This document shows positions 34,619 through 48,294 of a stretch of 64,000 nt of DNA, piece after piece (positions within the stretch are counted from its first letter, which is position 1; every line of letters begins with the position of its first letter). The translations under genes were made by a program, and so were the position numbers. The stretch comes from Microbotryum violaceum. Taxonomy: Eukaryota. The stretch lies in contig CDLV01000011.1 in the NCBI GenBank assembly GCA_001244265.2, forward strand, positions 372,001 to 436,000, in the 5' to 3' direction. Under the pieces are notes generated by a model. It was not told the DNA's origin and did not search any database. It saw nothing but the letters and a program-made list of their open reading frames with translations.

Positions 34619-37040
34619 TTAAAATTTGCCACCTTGCATCCATCGTTTGATCATCTCGAGCGATTCCCTGGGCTTGTCATAAGGCACCATGCTGCAGCGC
34701 GGAAGGTCGAGGCAAGATTGCGTTAGTCTCCACTTGCTCATCCACCACCTCCTTTTGACTCAAAAAAGCATAGAAGAACTCACTGCCCAGCCCCATAAAC
34801 CTGCATGTACGTCATCCCGCCATAACTCTTGGTCAAACCCGCGGCGCGGCCGTCGGGCATGGTGAAGTTGTGCAATTTGGCTTGGTTGTATTCCGCTTGG
34901 CCGGACCAGGGGAGAGCCAAGGTCCAATCGAGATTGCCGATGTAGTTGCACTATATGGGAGATGAGGGGATCAGATTTTGCTTCGCGCGTGCAGGCATTG
35001 GTGTCGACGCACCATGAAGTCACTGAAGGTACATCAGATCACATGGAGGACATACGTCAGTGCATTCGGTCTTGGGCCAAGTTGCCACATGGTCATCTAC
35101 TCACCGGTCACCGGCGTAGACGAGCAACCTGACGCCCGCCTCGAGCATCTCGGGGATCAAAGCCGCCGTGTTGTGAGCGACTAGTAGCACGCGACACCAC
35201 CGCTCCGAGAAAAGTCAGTCCACGGTGTCGCAGATCACCGATAACTCTCTCCAGCTCTGCTACTCACCATCACCGTTGAGCGTAAAGGCCTGGTTGATCT
35301 GCATGTTGCACGAGGTGAACGGCGTATCGGGGTCGGCGCCAAGTTCCTTCTTGATTTCGGCCTGGTTGAGGTACGTCTCGATCCACTGCATCTGCTTGTA
35401 GCACAACGGTCCATCTTCGCCATCACGGTCGCACTTCTTGGTGATGTCGTAAGGGTTCAATCCGGACGATTGAATCGGACCTGCGGTCTGCCAGCACGAC
35501 AGAGTAGCGGGGACACACGTGAAGCGGGAGGGGGCTTTGTAGCAGTATTGGGTCAAGCGCTGGCACGTGCCGACCTTGGACGGGAGCGAAGCGCACGTTT
35601 GCTCGTCAAAGATGGGCTCGTGGATGCCGCCACCGCACGAAAAGGTCGGGATGCTCGCGAACTGGGTGTAGGCGTCGGTCAAGCCGTTGCCGATCGCCAT
35701 GGAGGCGAGAGGGATGGGGATTGACTTGGACTTGGTGAAGTCGAGGTTCTTGTTATTGTTGAAGATGGCCGAGGCGATGTTGGGGATATAAGTACCGGCG
35801 TAAGACTCGCCAGCGACGTACTGTGGGAAGAGGGGGGCGGGCTTTAGCCATTTCCACCGCTCGCGAGTCACGAGACTATGGACTCACGAGGTCGTTCTTG
35901 GAGAACTTTGGAAACTTTTCGTAAAAGAGTTGCAAGAAGGCGTAGACATCCTTGGCCGTGTCCTGCGAGGTGGCGACCGCCTTTGAGCCCTTGGAGTAGC
36001 CGACCTGTACGCGGGGGTAATAAGACAGTCGAGTCAGTCGTCGGTCCGGCTCCAGCCTCGGAGAACTGAAGCTCACGTTGATGGGTGAGTCTAAGAAAAT
36101 GACATTGGCCGATTCGGTCCACGAGTACTTGTTCCAGGTGGTACTCTTGCCCTCGTCCGTGATCGAGCACGGCCCGAGTTCGAACAGCAACCCGGTCGAG
36201 CTGGAGCAACCAGGGCCTCCGTTGAGCCAGAGCATAAGCGGGGCTTTGGTCGCGTTCTTTGAGCGCGATTCAAAGAACCAGAAGAAAAAGTGGTTGTCCG
36301 CATCGAGGTCGAGGTAGCCCGAGTACGACTTGACCGTGTCGTCGCAGAGCTGTGAGTGGTGGGTGCGCGGGGATGGGTGGACGGATCAGCAGCAATCGTC
36401 ATTAGCGATCGGTCGATTGAATCGTGGGCGGGGTCGGGCTCGGGCTCCCCCCGCTGCCGGCTGAACCTCGCGGTGTTGCTGATCTTCTCCGACTCACCTT
36501 GGGCTCCTTCAGTCGGATCGAGTACTTGGGGAAATCAGTGTGGGTGATGAGTTCGTCTGATTGATAGTATTTGCGGTAGAGTGGTCAGCTTAGGCTTAGG
36601 TTGCCATGCGTGCCTATTACTGGCCGGAGTTGCCGAGCGTCGTCATTCCGTGGTCTGGCAGGGCCGATGATATTGGCTCGCTCGTGGAGGCGCAAGCGGC
36701 AGGCGTATGGGACCCAGCAGAAGTGACGACAGGCGTTCGTTCGTTCAACCTCGGAACAACCAGCCTTGGCACGCTCCGATTCGGTCTCAAAAGGCCAATT
36801 TTTATCGTTCTTCCAAGGTAGAATGCACTCACAAGTCATGCCATTGCCATGAACGAACGAATCAAATTGTCGCACGCCCTGCGAGACCCACTTGTCAACC
36901 TGATCCGAACCTCGTTCGATTGCGCCTGGGAGCGAGCCCGAGTTGAAGGTGATTTGGGTTCGGGCTTGCAAAGGGAGGTCGCCCGAGGCGAGAACCGAGG
37001 TGGCTGCGAAGGCGATGGGGAGTAGCAATGAGGTCCACAT
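34619..37040 (-). CDS. PRC1: Serine carboxypeptidase S10 (carboxypeptidase Y-like)
   Basis: Signal peptide MWTSLLLPIAFAATSVLA, SYSGYLD, WLNGGPGCSS, GESYAG, GDRDFMCN, GAGHMVPYDKP. Confidence 0.93.
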
Positions 37041-37319
37041 GGCCGAGAGTTGGGGTCGAGGGATGAGTCGGTAGAGAGGAGAAGGACAAGGAGAGAAGTC
37101 GGAACCGACGACCCCGAATCGGGTCCCCCGCGTGACTTTATAGGCGCGTGGTAAGTGCCCGAAATAACCGGCGCTTACCTGCATGACTCGAGTTTAGTCT
37201 GGTAAACCCCACGGGTCCCTATTCTCGTGCACACCGCCTTTGCCATCTTATCCTTCGCCACATCCGATCGTTCAACCGGCTTCCGTGGACCCTTCCATCC
37301 AGTTCAATTGTCCCTCATC

Positions 37320-38014
37320 ATGCCTCTAGTATTTCCCTCCTTCTCGGTGCAAAGCCCGGACCAAGTCTTGTCCCAAGTGCCCGAAGCGACCTCGTCGGCA
37401 TCGCCCTTCTTCCTCACCTTCTTCGCTTCCATCGACCCTAACACTGTAAGTTTGGAGCGGTGTGAGATGCGCTCGAATATGTCTTAGTGAAGCAGAATGG
37501 CTTACTCGTGCGTTCCATGTACGAATCCAGGGTGAATCATGGTGCATCGACTGCCGCAAGGCGCAGCCCGTGATCGACCAACATGTCCCCGAGGCCAACA
37601 GCGCCTTGGTCTTTGTCGGCGATCGTTCAGAGTACGTCCGAGCACCGAGCCACACCCTACAACTCGATCAAACCCGCTGGAAATCACTGCAAAAGTTTTC
37701 CCCTTTTCGAACCAAGGCCTCACCTGACGCTCTCTCCTCTCCTCTTTTCCGTCCTATACGTGTATAGGTGGAAATCTTCGCCTCTCCGAGAAGCCTTTGG
37801 CATCTCTCGCATCCCGACCATCGTCAAGCTCACGTCCAAACCCTCCGCGACAAGCGTATCCGACGCAAGTCCCTTCTCACCTTTTCCATTCGCCCTCTTT
37901 CTGGATGGCTAACCACGTCCTTCCTTCGTCTTCGTGCAGTCCACCTCCTCCCACTTGGTCGAATCCGACATTCTCGACCAGGCGAAGCTTAAGAAGTTCC
38001 TCAACTTGGAGTGA
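37320..38014 (+). CDS. Thioredoxin domain-containing protein 17-like (DUF953)
   Basis: FFLTFFASID..GESWCIDCRKAQP..VFVGDRSEWK..IPTIVKL..LVESDILD. Confidence 0.85.
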
Positions 38015-38554
38015 AAACGATGGCTTCATCCCCTGGGAGTTAGAGATGGATTGCGATGCTGGAATACTACACTTCTACGGATTTTGACGCTTCCGAAAAT
38101 TCGCATGCCCCCCGAGGCCAGCTCTTTCAGAGCAGTTGCAGTTGCTCGTTCTCGGCGTTTCAAGCTTCCGGTGCACAACCGGCAACGAAGAGAGGGAGTG
38201 AGACTGGGCAGTACGAGCACGGGCGGCACCACATCGGAAAAAGAGGGCTTCTTTCCTCTGAGGTTTCGCCGAGGCAGTGGTTCATGTCTCCGTGACGCCA
38301 TCGGCTACTAGAAGCAAGTGGCATCGATCCTCCACGCTGTGCTCCTTGCTCTCGAAGTATGCGCGAAGGCTCTTCATGCTCGTTGTTATTGCGATTAGGC
38401 GCTAACGTTTCATGTTCGATAAGAAGGGGGGAAAGAAAGGAATAAAGGACACAAGCTACAACCTACGCCGAAATGAACAAAGTAAGAATGAAGGGCGGGA
38501 TCGGGGAGGGAATGGAGAGGAGACAGAAGTGACACATCGCGGGGAAGAGAGCGT

Positions 38555-41286
38555 CTAGTACGTGCGCTTGAAGGGAGGAATTGCCTTCATCTCGTTCTCG
38601 TCCAAGGTGTGCGAGACCACGTTACGGTACGAGAGCTTGACCTTGTCCTTGTTGACGTCCTTTTGGAACGAGAGCGTGTGCTTCATCCAGTCCTTGTCGT
38701 CACGGTCGGGGAAGTCCTCCCGGGCGTGCGCACCTCGCGACTCCTTCCTCGCCTCGGCACTGTTAAGTAAAATCAAATGAGCCCACAGTCAGTCTCTGTA
38801 AGTGGAAGGTCAACCAAAATGAAGTTACGACGCGACTCACGATACGATGGTCTGGTCAGCGCATGTCAACAAGTTCCTCAACTCAAGCGTCTCTACCAAG
38901 TCCGTATTCCAGATCATGGATCGATCCTTGATGCCGACATCCTTCCACGTGCCCAAGACGCGGCTCAACGCCTTGACACCGTGCTCAAGCGAGTCCTGTG
39001 TGCGGAATACGGCCGCATCGTTCTGCATCGCCTTTTGCATGTCCAATCGGATCTCGGCCGTCGGCTTGGGGCCGTCGGCGGTGCGGATCTGGTCCAAAGC
39101 CGCGATCGAGTCGAGACCGGCGTCGGCAGAGATCTGCTTGTGCGGCTGCCCGGGCTTGAGCGTCTCCGAGATGTGGTGGGCGACAGCGCGACCGAAGACG
39201 ACAATGTCGAGGAGCGAGTTGGCACCGAGACGGTTCGCGCCGTGGACGGAAACACAGGCGGCCTCGCCGGCGGCGTAGAGACCAGGCACGACCTTGTCCT
39301 TGCCGTTCTCGTCAACGGTCAAGACCTCACCGGTGTACTTGGTGGGGATACCACCCATGTTGTAATGGACGGTCGGCAACACGGGAATCGGCTCCTTGGT
39401 GACGTCGACACCGGCAAAAATCGCGGCCGTTTCCGAGATACCGGGCAATCGTTCGTGCAAGACCTCTGGCGGCAAGTGGGAGAGTTGGAGGTAGCAGTGG
39501 TCCTTTTCGGGACCGACACCGCGACCTTCGCGGATCTCGATCGTCATCGAACGCGAGACGACGTCACGCGAGGCCAAATCCTTCGCCGTCGGCGCGTATC
39601 GCTCCATGAATCGTTCACCCTCCGAGTTGAGCAGGTATCCACCTTCACCTCGCGAGCCCTCCGTGATCAAGCAGCCTGCACCGTAGATACCTGTGGGGTG
39701 GAACTGCACAAATTCGAGATCCTGCAGAGGCAAGCCCGCACGCGCGACCATACCGGCACCGTCACCGGAGCAGGTGTGGGCCGAGGTGCAAGAGAAGTAG
39801 GCACGCCCGTAACCACCGGTGGCCAGAACGGTCTTGTGCGCTCGGAATCGGTGCATCGTACCATCCTCCTGGTTGTAGGCCATGACACCGACGCATTCGC
39901 CGTCCTCCATGATCAGATCTGTGCAGCCAATATCACACCCCAGAGTCAGTCAATCGGCACCTTGCGCGATCACTTGATCTCGGCGAGGATCCCCCGGCTC
40001 ACCAGTGGCAAAGTACTCGATGAAATATTCGGTGTTGTGGCGAAGAGATTGGCCGTAGAGGGTGTGCAACATGGCGTGACCGGTTCGGTCAGCGGCGGCA
40101 GCGCATCGGTACGCCTGTCCACCCTTGCCGAACTTGAGCGATTGACCACCGAACGCGCGTTGGTAAATTTTGCCCTCCTTGGTGCGTGAGAAAGGAAGAC
40201 CGTAGTTCTCGAGCTCGAGAACCGAGTTCGGCGCCTCTCGGCACATGTAGTGGACGGCATCCTGGTCGGCAAGCCAATCGCCACCCTTGACGGTGTCGTA
40301 CGCGTGCCATCTCCAGTCGTCTTCGGTCATGTTGCCGAGCGCGGCGTTGATACCACCTTGCGCGGCGACGGTGTGGGATCGGGTCGGGAAAAGCTTGGTA
40401 ACACAGGCGACCTTCAATCCGGCCTCGGCAAGACCGAAAGCTGCTCGAAGACCGGCACCACCAGCCCCGCTATTTCACCAATCGACACGGCAAGATCAGC
40501 CTCGGATGCGTCAAGAGGAGAGGGATGAACTGCGCCAACTCACACCACGACGGCATCGTACTGAGAATCGGTAAGGCGACGACAGTGTTGAAATGTTAGA
40601 CGTCAGTAATCACTCGAGATGATGGACGTACGCCGCCCGCTGCGCCATGCAAGACGAGAGGCCGCGGCAGACGGGGAAAGCGGGTGTAACCGACAAAACC
40701 CACGTTTGCTACGACCTGCAGGGGCGACAGAGAGTCTCATACTGACCTCATGTTCGATCAAAGGATATTTGCCCGAGATGGTGGTCTGTTGCAAAGCGGA
40801 ATGGAGCGTCAGTCAGCTGCGATCTACAAATGCCCGCGGAGAGGAGATGGGCGGGGGACGTCCGGTTTCGATCGCCGGCCAATGAGCGTCGCGCCAAATC
40901 GGGGCGGCCGTGAGTCGGCCCAGTAACCGCGGCCTACACGGGGACATCGACCGGTCACGACGACGACGACGACGACGACGATAACGCCCACGCGCAGCTC
41001 CGCACAAAGTCTTCCAGAATGAAGACTCACGGGAACCTCTTTGGCCTTGACGGGAGAGGTCGCAACGACACGCTGGCGAACGGCCGACGTTGACAGCTGG
41101 CGGGCACTGGTGCTCGCGACTGTTCTTGACGCCAGTCCTGCGCCCATCGGGAAACACCACCTCAGCTCGGAATCAGCTCGACTGCCTCATATACGACCAC
41201 AAGTGCAACACGGTCCTAATGACCATGAACCTGTCTGTTCGGGTGTACTTACGACCTGTAAGTCGGGGTAATAATCGAAGCGACAT
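38555..41286 (-). CDS. SDH1: Succinate dehydrogenase flavoprotein subunit
   Basis: Presequence [38 protein letters not shown] (covalent FAD His), [27 protein letters not shown]. Confidence 0.98.
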
Positions 41287-41823
41287 GACGTGGCAAACGA
41301 CGAGGGGTTTCGTGGCAATGTGGGCGGGCGAGCACAGAAAAGGCCACGACGACCGACCGCCGCTTGTGGCGCGCGACTTCCCCCGGAGCAAATCGGCTCG
41401 AGGCGCCCGGCAAGCTCGGATACCACAATCCTCTCGCCGTCTCAAATCTCATCATTGGCCTTGCACGAAGCACTGTATTTCGTCCGAGATACAGCGCTCT
41501 GGTTTTTGAGTTCATGATTCATTCGTTCAGTAGCCTGTAATTTTTTTCGCTATAACAGCAGCAGCCAGCAGCCAGCAGCAGCAATGGAGGGAGGGTAGTA
41601 TCTTCAAAAAGGGAGGCAAAAGGGAACGACCGGGTAAAAGGGAGGAGAAAAGAACAGACGGGTAGAAGAAAGCGTCCGAAGGCACACACACATACACAGA
41701 GGACACGCGTGGCATCGTCATCCGGATGTTGCAGAGCGGTGGGGAGGCGGGAGTCAAACAGGGTAATCTCGGGTGTTTGCGGCCTGCTAGAGCAAACCGA
41801 GGCCTCGTTCACGTCGGCGTCAT

Positions 41824-43910
<2,087 letters not shown>

Positions 43911-44634
43911 CGATGAGGCTGACACTGCGGTTGAGGCGGGGGATGAGTCGAGCTTGAGCAGTCAAAGTGGCGCAGGCTAGCTTGAGGGAGTGCGGGTGAG
44001 CGACGATTAGGAAGCTGCTGCGGAGGCTCAGACGTGGAGGTCGATACAGAGGGGTCGACAACGACCTGTCTATTCGAGCAAGGGAGCGAACGGGGCGCTG
44101 GGGTGCGAGGTAGGCCGGGTGCAGCACGAGGTCCGCGACGGATCCGCGCTGGTCCGCGTTGTCGCCCCACTGGACGCTTCGGCTTGGAGTTGTCCAATAG
44201 GGCCACTTACGCGAGCTTACGCGCGGCCGCGAGCAAAGGCGGAGCAGCACAAGCTAGCGCGGGGGAGCACAACGCTGGACTCGAGTCGATCATCGCCGCG
44301 TCCGTCAACTTCTTACACAAACCTTTCACAACGTATGGACTCTTTGGTAAACTGTCACAACTTCTATGGGTTCAAACAAAAGCAAGTTCGTCTGATGATA
44401 GAGGGTCATCAAGCCTCTCTGATCCACAGGATAGCAAATCCATCCGAAGGCTGAGGCGCTGAGGCCCCTGAACCGACATCGACTGTCGGACTCCAGACTC
44501 TTCGCCTGGTATACACCCTCTTCCAGGCACAGGCGAGTACTTCCCGCCCCATATGCGATACATCTCCTCGTCTTAATATACAAACAACACGAGTGTCCTC
44601 TTTCATGTACACCTTCGAGGGAATCGGCGCCCCT

Positions 44635-46416
44635 TCATGCGTCCTCGAAGCGCACGTCGATACCGCGCCGCTCGCAGACCCTCCACACACTCCCCAAGGA
44701 CCAATCCAGCTCACCAACTTGAAGCGAGCCCTTCGCATGAGGGTGAACTCCCCAGCCGTACTTCTCCCATGACCTTGGAACGTGGAGCGTCAAGAGTTGG
44801 GACAGTGCGCACGCCTCGCTCACTGGCGATCGCTCGGGTGTCGGGAATAAGGTCGAGAAGGGGGACGATGACACGGATGAAATGGGGGATCGACCCATCA
44901 TGGGCGTCGCGACGGTTGAAGTCGACTCACACTCGGCGTCGAGCTGGAGGAAGGTCAAGGATAGGTTGTTGACTTCTTTGAGCATGTGCAACGGCTCGAC
45001 CTCCGAAGAAGGGGTCCGCGAAGTTGCCGGTGACTGGACTTCCAATCGCTGAAGCCTTGGCGGAAGATTGCCAAGCACGGCCTGAGTGACGGCTCCGAGG
45101 GGCAGCGAGAGCTCGTGGAGGTTGATACACTTTTTTATAAAGTCAAAAGCGGGGTGGGTGAGCTCGGTCGACGAGGATGGCGTCAGTTGGCGTGCCTCGC
45201 CCAAAAGCTCGTTGCGAATATTCAGCGATTCGAGCTGCTGGGCGAGTTCCGTTGGCTCGCACGGTCCGGTCGTACGGCGCGCAGTGGGTTCCTCAATGGT
45301 CGAGAAGACACCGAGGTGCAAGTATTTAAGCGCAGGTAAGGTATTGTGACAGAGGAAGTGGGCCGCGGTGGGGGCGTCCGAGAAAGAGTGCTTCAGCGTC
45401 AAAGATTCGAGCGATGGCAGGCTCGTGAAAAAAGGGTGATATCGTGACGTCGTCGTACGGTCCGAGAGAACGGATTGGATCAAGGTGAGAGAGACGAGTC
45501 CTGCCGAGCAGTGACGACAATTAACAGATCAACTCAGTACGACCTGGCAGTACGTGCTTCGGCTTGAACACTGTAGGCCCCTTGACCCGCAGCGTGATCA
45601 TGCGTCATCATGATGACGCTAGGACCCCGGAGAGTTCGGGGGTCCGTGCGCCGAGGGTGTATTGGGGCCGAAGGCGGCGATAAGAGACGAAGGCATAATC
45701 ACTTACCATGACCGTTGGCAAAGTCGGTCAAAGAAAAGATGATGCTTCCAATGATTTCGAGGTCCGTGAGGTTGTGGCAGAGGTCAAGGATCTGGGGTAA
45801 CCTTGGGGTGATGGCCCCTCGGCGCTCTCCTTGAACGGAAGCCGAAGCCGACGTGACCGAGGGGTCCCAACCATTCAGCGTGAGGCGCTGGACCCTGTTC
45901 GCGATTGAGGGCGATCGTTTGAGCGTCTTGATGAAGAGGCTCAATTGGTGGTTCTTCAAATTAGGGTGATGATACAATCGCTGCAGGGCCCAGTCGTCGC
46001 GCAACGTGGTGCACAGGCGGCTAATCGTGGCGAGCGCTTGGCTGCCTGATTTCGGATCACCAGCCGCCAGCTCAAAGATGTAGAACACGATCTCACGAGG
46101 CAGAGTCGCAGCATCGGACCGCGAGGGAGGCGACCGGAAACGGCTGAGCGCATTCGTAGCCTTGCGAGATCTGTAGGACGGCGATACCGAACATTTCAGC
46201 CACTGCAGTGGATATAGCGACAGCCCGGGACATCCGGCGTCTCGTCCCGAGTGGGGCACCGGGTTCGCAATCGCGCCACGATAATCGGACCGGGACTCAC
46301 CTCGGGCTGACGACCGTGGTCGTCGTCGTTGAAGCGGCCTTGGCGAGCTCGCCCCGACTGTTGCCCTTGCTCGAGCAACGGCCGAATATCCGTCTCCAGA
46401 ACGAATGCAGAGCCAT
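44635..46416 (-). CDS. F-box-like / leucine-rich repeat hypothetical protein
   Basis: LPREIVFYIFELA F-box-like helix followed by LxxLxL repeats (LPSLESLTL, LPALKYLHL, INLHELSL); intact splice sites. Confidence 0.65.
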
Positions 46417-46942
46417 GGTCAATGACTGAAGAATGGAAGGATGAAAGAACACGAAGAAGAGGAAGAGGAAGAGGAAAAGGAAAAGGAAGGACCGGCAAAG
46501 CAAAGAAGAGTAACGATCCGAGTCGGCGCCGTCGGGAAGAAGCATGCAGTGGGGTCCAACAGGTCCCAGTCCGATTCTTCCGCTCAGGAAACTCGCCCCG
46601 AAATTTCTCCGAGCTAAGGTAACACTACTGCTGAACCGTGATCCGTCCTGTTTGTATTTTGGAAAGCCCTGAACAAATGCCTTACAGCCGCCTAAATCTG
46701 AAATAATCTGGATCAGCCAGTTTTCACTCATACCTTTCATCCGGACGTGTCAACGAGTAATGTCACTGCAGTGTCGGCCTACGATATGCGCCGTGCGCGG
46801 GTCGAGCTAGAGGTCGAGCCCTGTGGAGCCGCTCGATTGGTCACGGTCAAACCCGTACAAAGCAGACGCGGCCCTCTCTGGCTCCACGTCATCCGCAGCA
46901 CCCGTGCCATTGCAACCTCCTCCTCCAAGACCCTCATCGATC

Positions 46943-47608
46943 ATGCCCCCTAAAGTCCCCGTCGCTTCGACGTCAAAGCTGGCCACATCGGCCGCCCGTC
47001 AGCACCGGCCCAACAAGCGTGTCGTCGCTTCTTCGCACAAGGCCGCGCTCTCGTCGCTCATCGACCTGTACCACACCACGCCGACCTTTGCCCCGCTACA
47101 AACGTCCAAGCTCGACAATTACATCGTTTCAAACTTTGCACCTCCGATGCAACACATCCACAGCCCGGTTCCTCTGCGCATCGACCGACTCGTCCTGCGC
47201 GACAAGCTCTTGACCGATCGGGTCGTGCACTACGAACGACAACGCGGTCTCGGAGGCGTGCAACTCGACATCGAATCACCGGGGGAGACGAGTGGTGAAC
47301 GTGATGCGCTCGAGGATGGGCCGTTGAGGGTGTACCTCCATGGTCAGGAACCGCCGTTGAGGCAGCGGGTGCGACGACTGATCGACGCCGCGCACGGCAC
47401 AAGCTCGGGTGGACTGGCTGGACTGGCGACGGTCGAAAGGACGGGAGAAGACGCGAATCGATGGAAGCAACAACTCGATGAGGCTCGGCAAGCATCCAAG
47501 CGAGCAAAAGCAAGGCTCAACTTTGAAAAGAAGCGGGACGAGATGGACCCGGACGCGTTTGCCGACTCATGGGAGGACTCGAACGCGACACCGGCGCACC
47601 AACGCTAG
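46943..47608 (+). CDS. Hypothetical protein, single exon, 221 aa, basic N-terminus
   Basis: Open frame from ATG 46943 with coding-like codon usage; no family confidently recognised. Confidence 0.7.
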   Translation: MPPKVPVASTSKLATSAARQHRPNKRVVASSHKAALSSLIDLYHTTPTFAPLQTSKLDNYIVSNFAPPMQHIHSPVPLRIDRLVLRDKLLTDRVVHYERQRGLGGVQLDIESPGETSGERDALEDGPLRVYLHGQEPPLRQRVRRLIDAAHGTSSGGLAGLATVERTGEDANRWKQQLDEARQASKRAKARLNFEKKRDEMDPDAFADSWEDSNATPAHQR

Positions 47609-48294
47609 GGGGAGTTCGCTCGATAGAACAGAGAGACGGAGTGCAACATTTCAAATGGGCAAAAGTAATCAAGAAAGCCGTAAATACAGCAGGCTCCATG
47701 TCAGAAGAGAGCACGTCCGAGCTCGAGGGGAGGACTTTCGTTTTTCTCGAGATATTTGCGCCGTACGTCCGTCGAATCCACGATCTCCTAAAGCTCGGAC
47801 CAAGTGAAATTCGCCCGATCCAAATCGGCATCTGATCCGTGCCTACCTACTTGGTTGAAACGCCTCTCTGTTGATGAGTGATGAGTGCTCAATCATCAGC
47901 CTCTCCGGGCTCGATCCACTTTGAACTTTCTGCGTTTCAATTTGTCCGAGACGCCTTCGGAGGGATTGCTTAGAAACTGCGATGGTGTCTCACGAGCTCC
48001 AAACTGATGAAACAGTCATTCAGGTCTGCTGCCCCGATCGATTTTGGTGGTCAGCCTTGCTAGGCTTAACGTCAACCCGGAATGGCAGGCCATGCCAGCG
48101 CCAACGCGCCGAGGCTAGAGGCTAGAATAAACCTAAAACTCGCGGCAGCGGGGAGAAAGTCTCGCGCGCGACGGGACGCTCGATGATTTGACCAGTGACC
48201 ATCTCAAGTGACCCCACCCCGTTGCATCGTTTCGTACAGGACCGCCCATCCCATCGACTCTTGGCCGCCAGTCCTCATCTCACCCTTAGAAGCG

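Noticed and set aside
38777-40189. 470-aa plus-strand ORF
   Set aside because: Antisense shadow of codon-biased SDH1; no independent features
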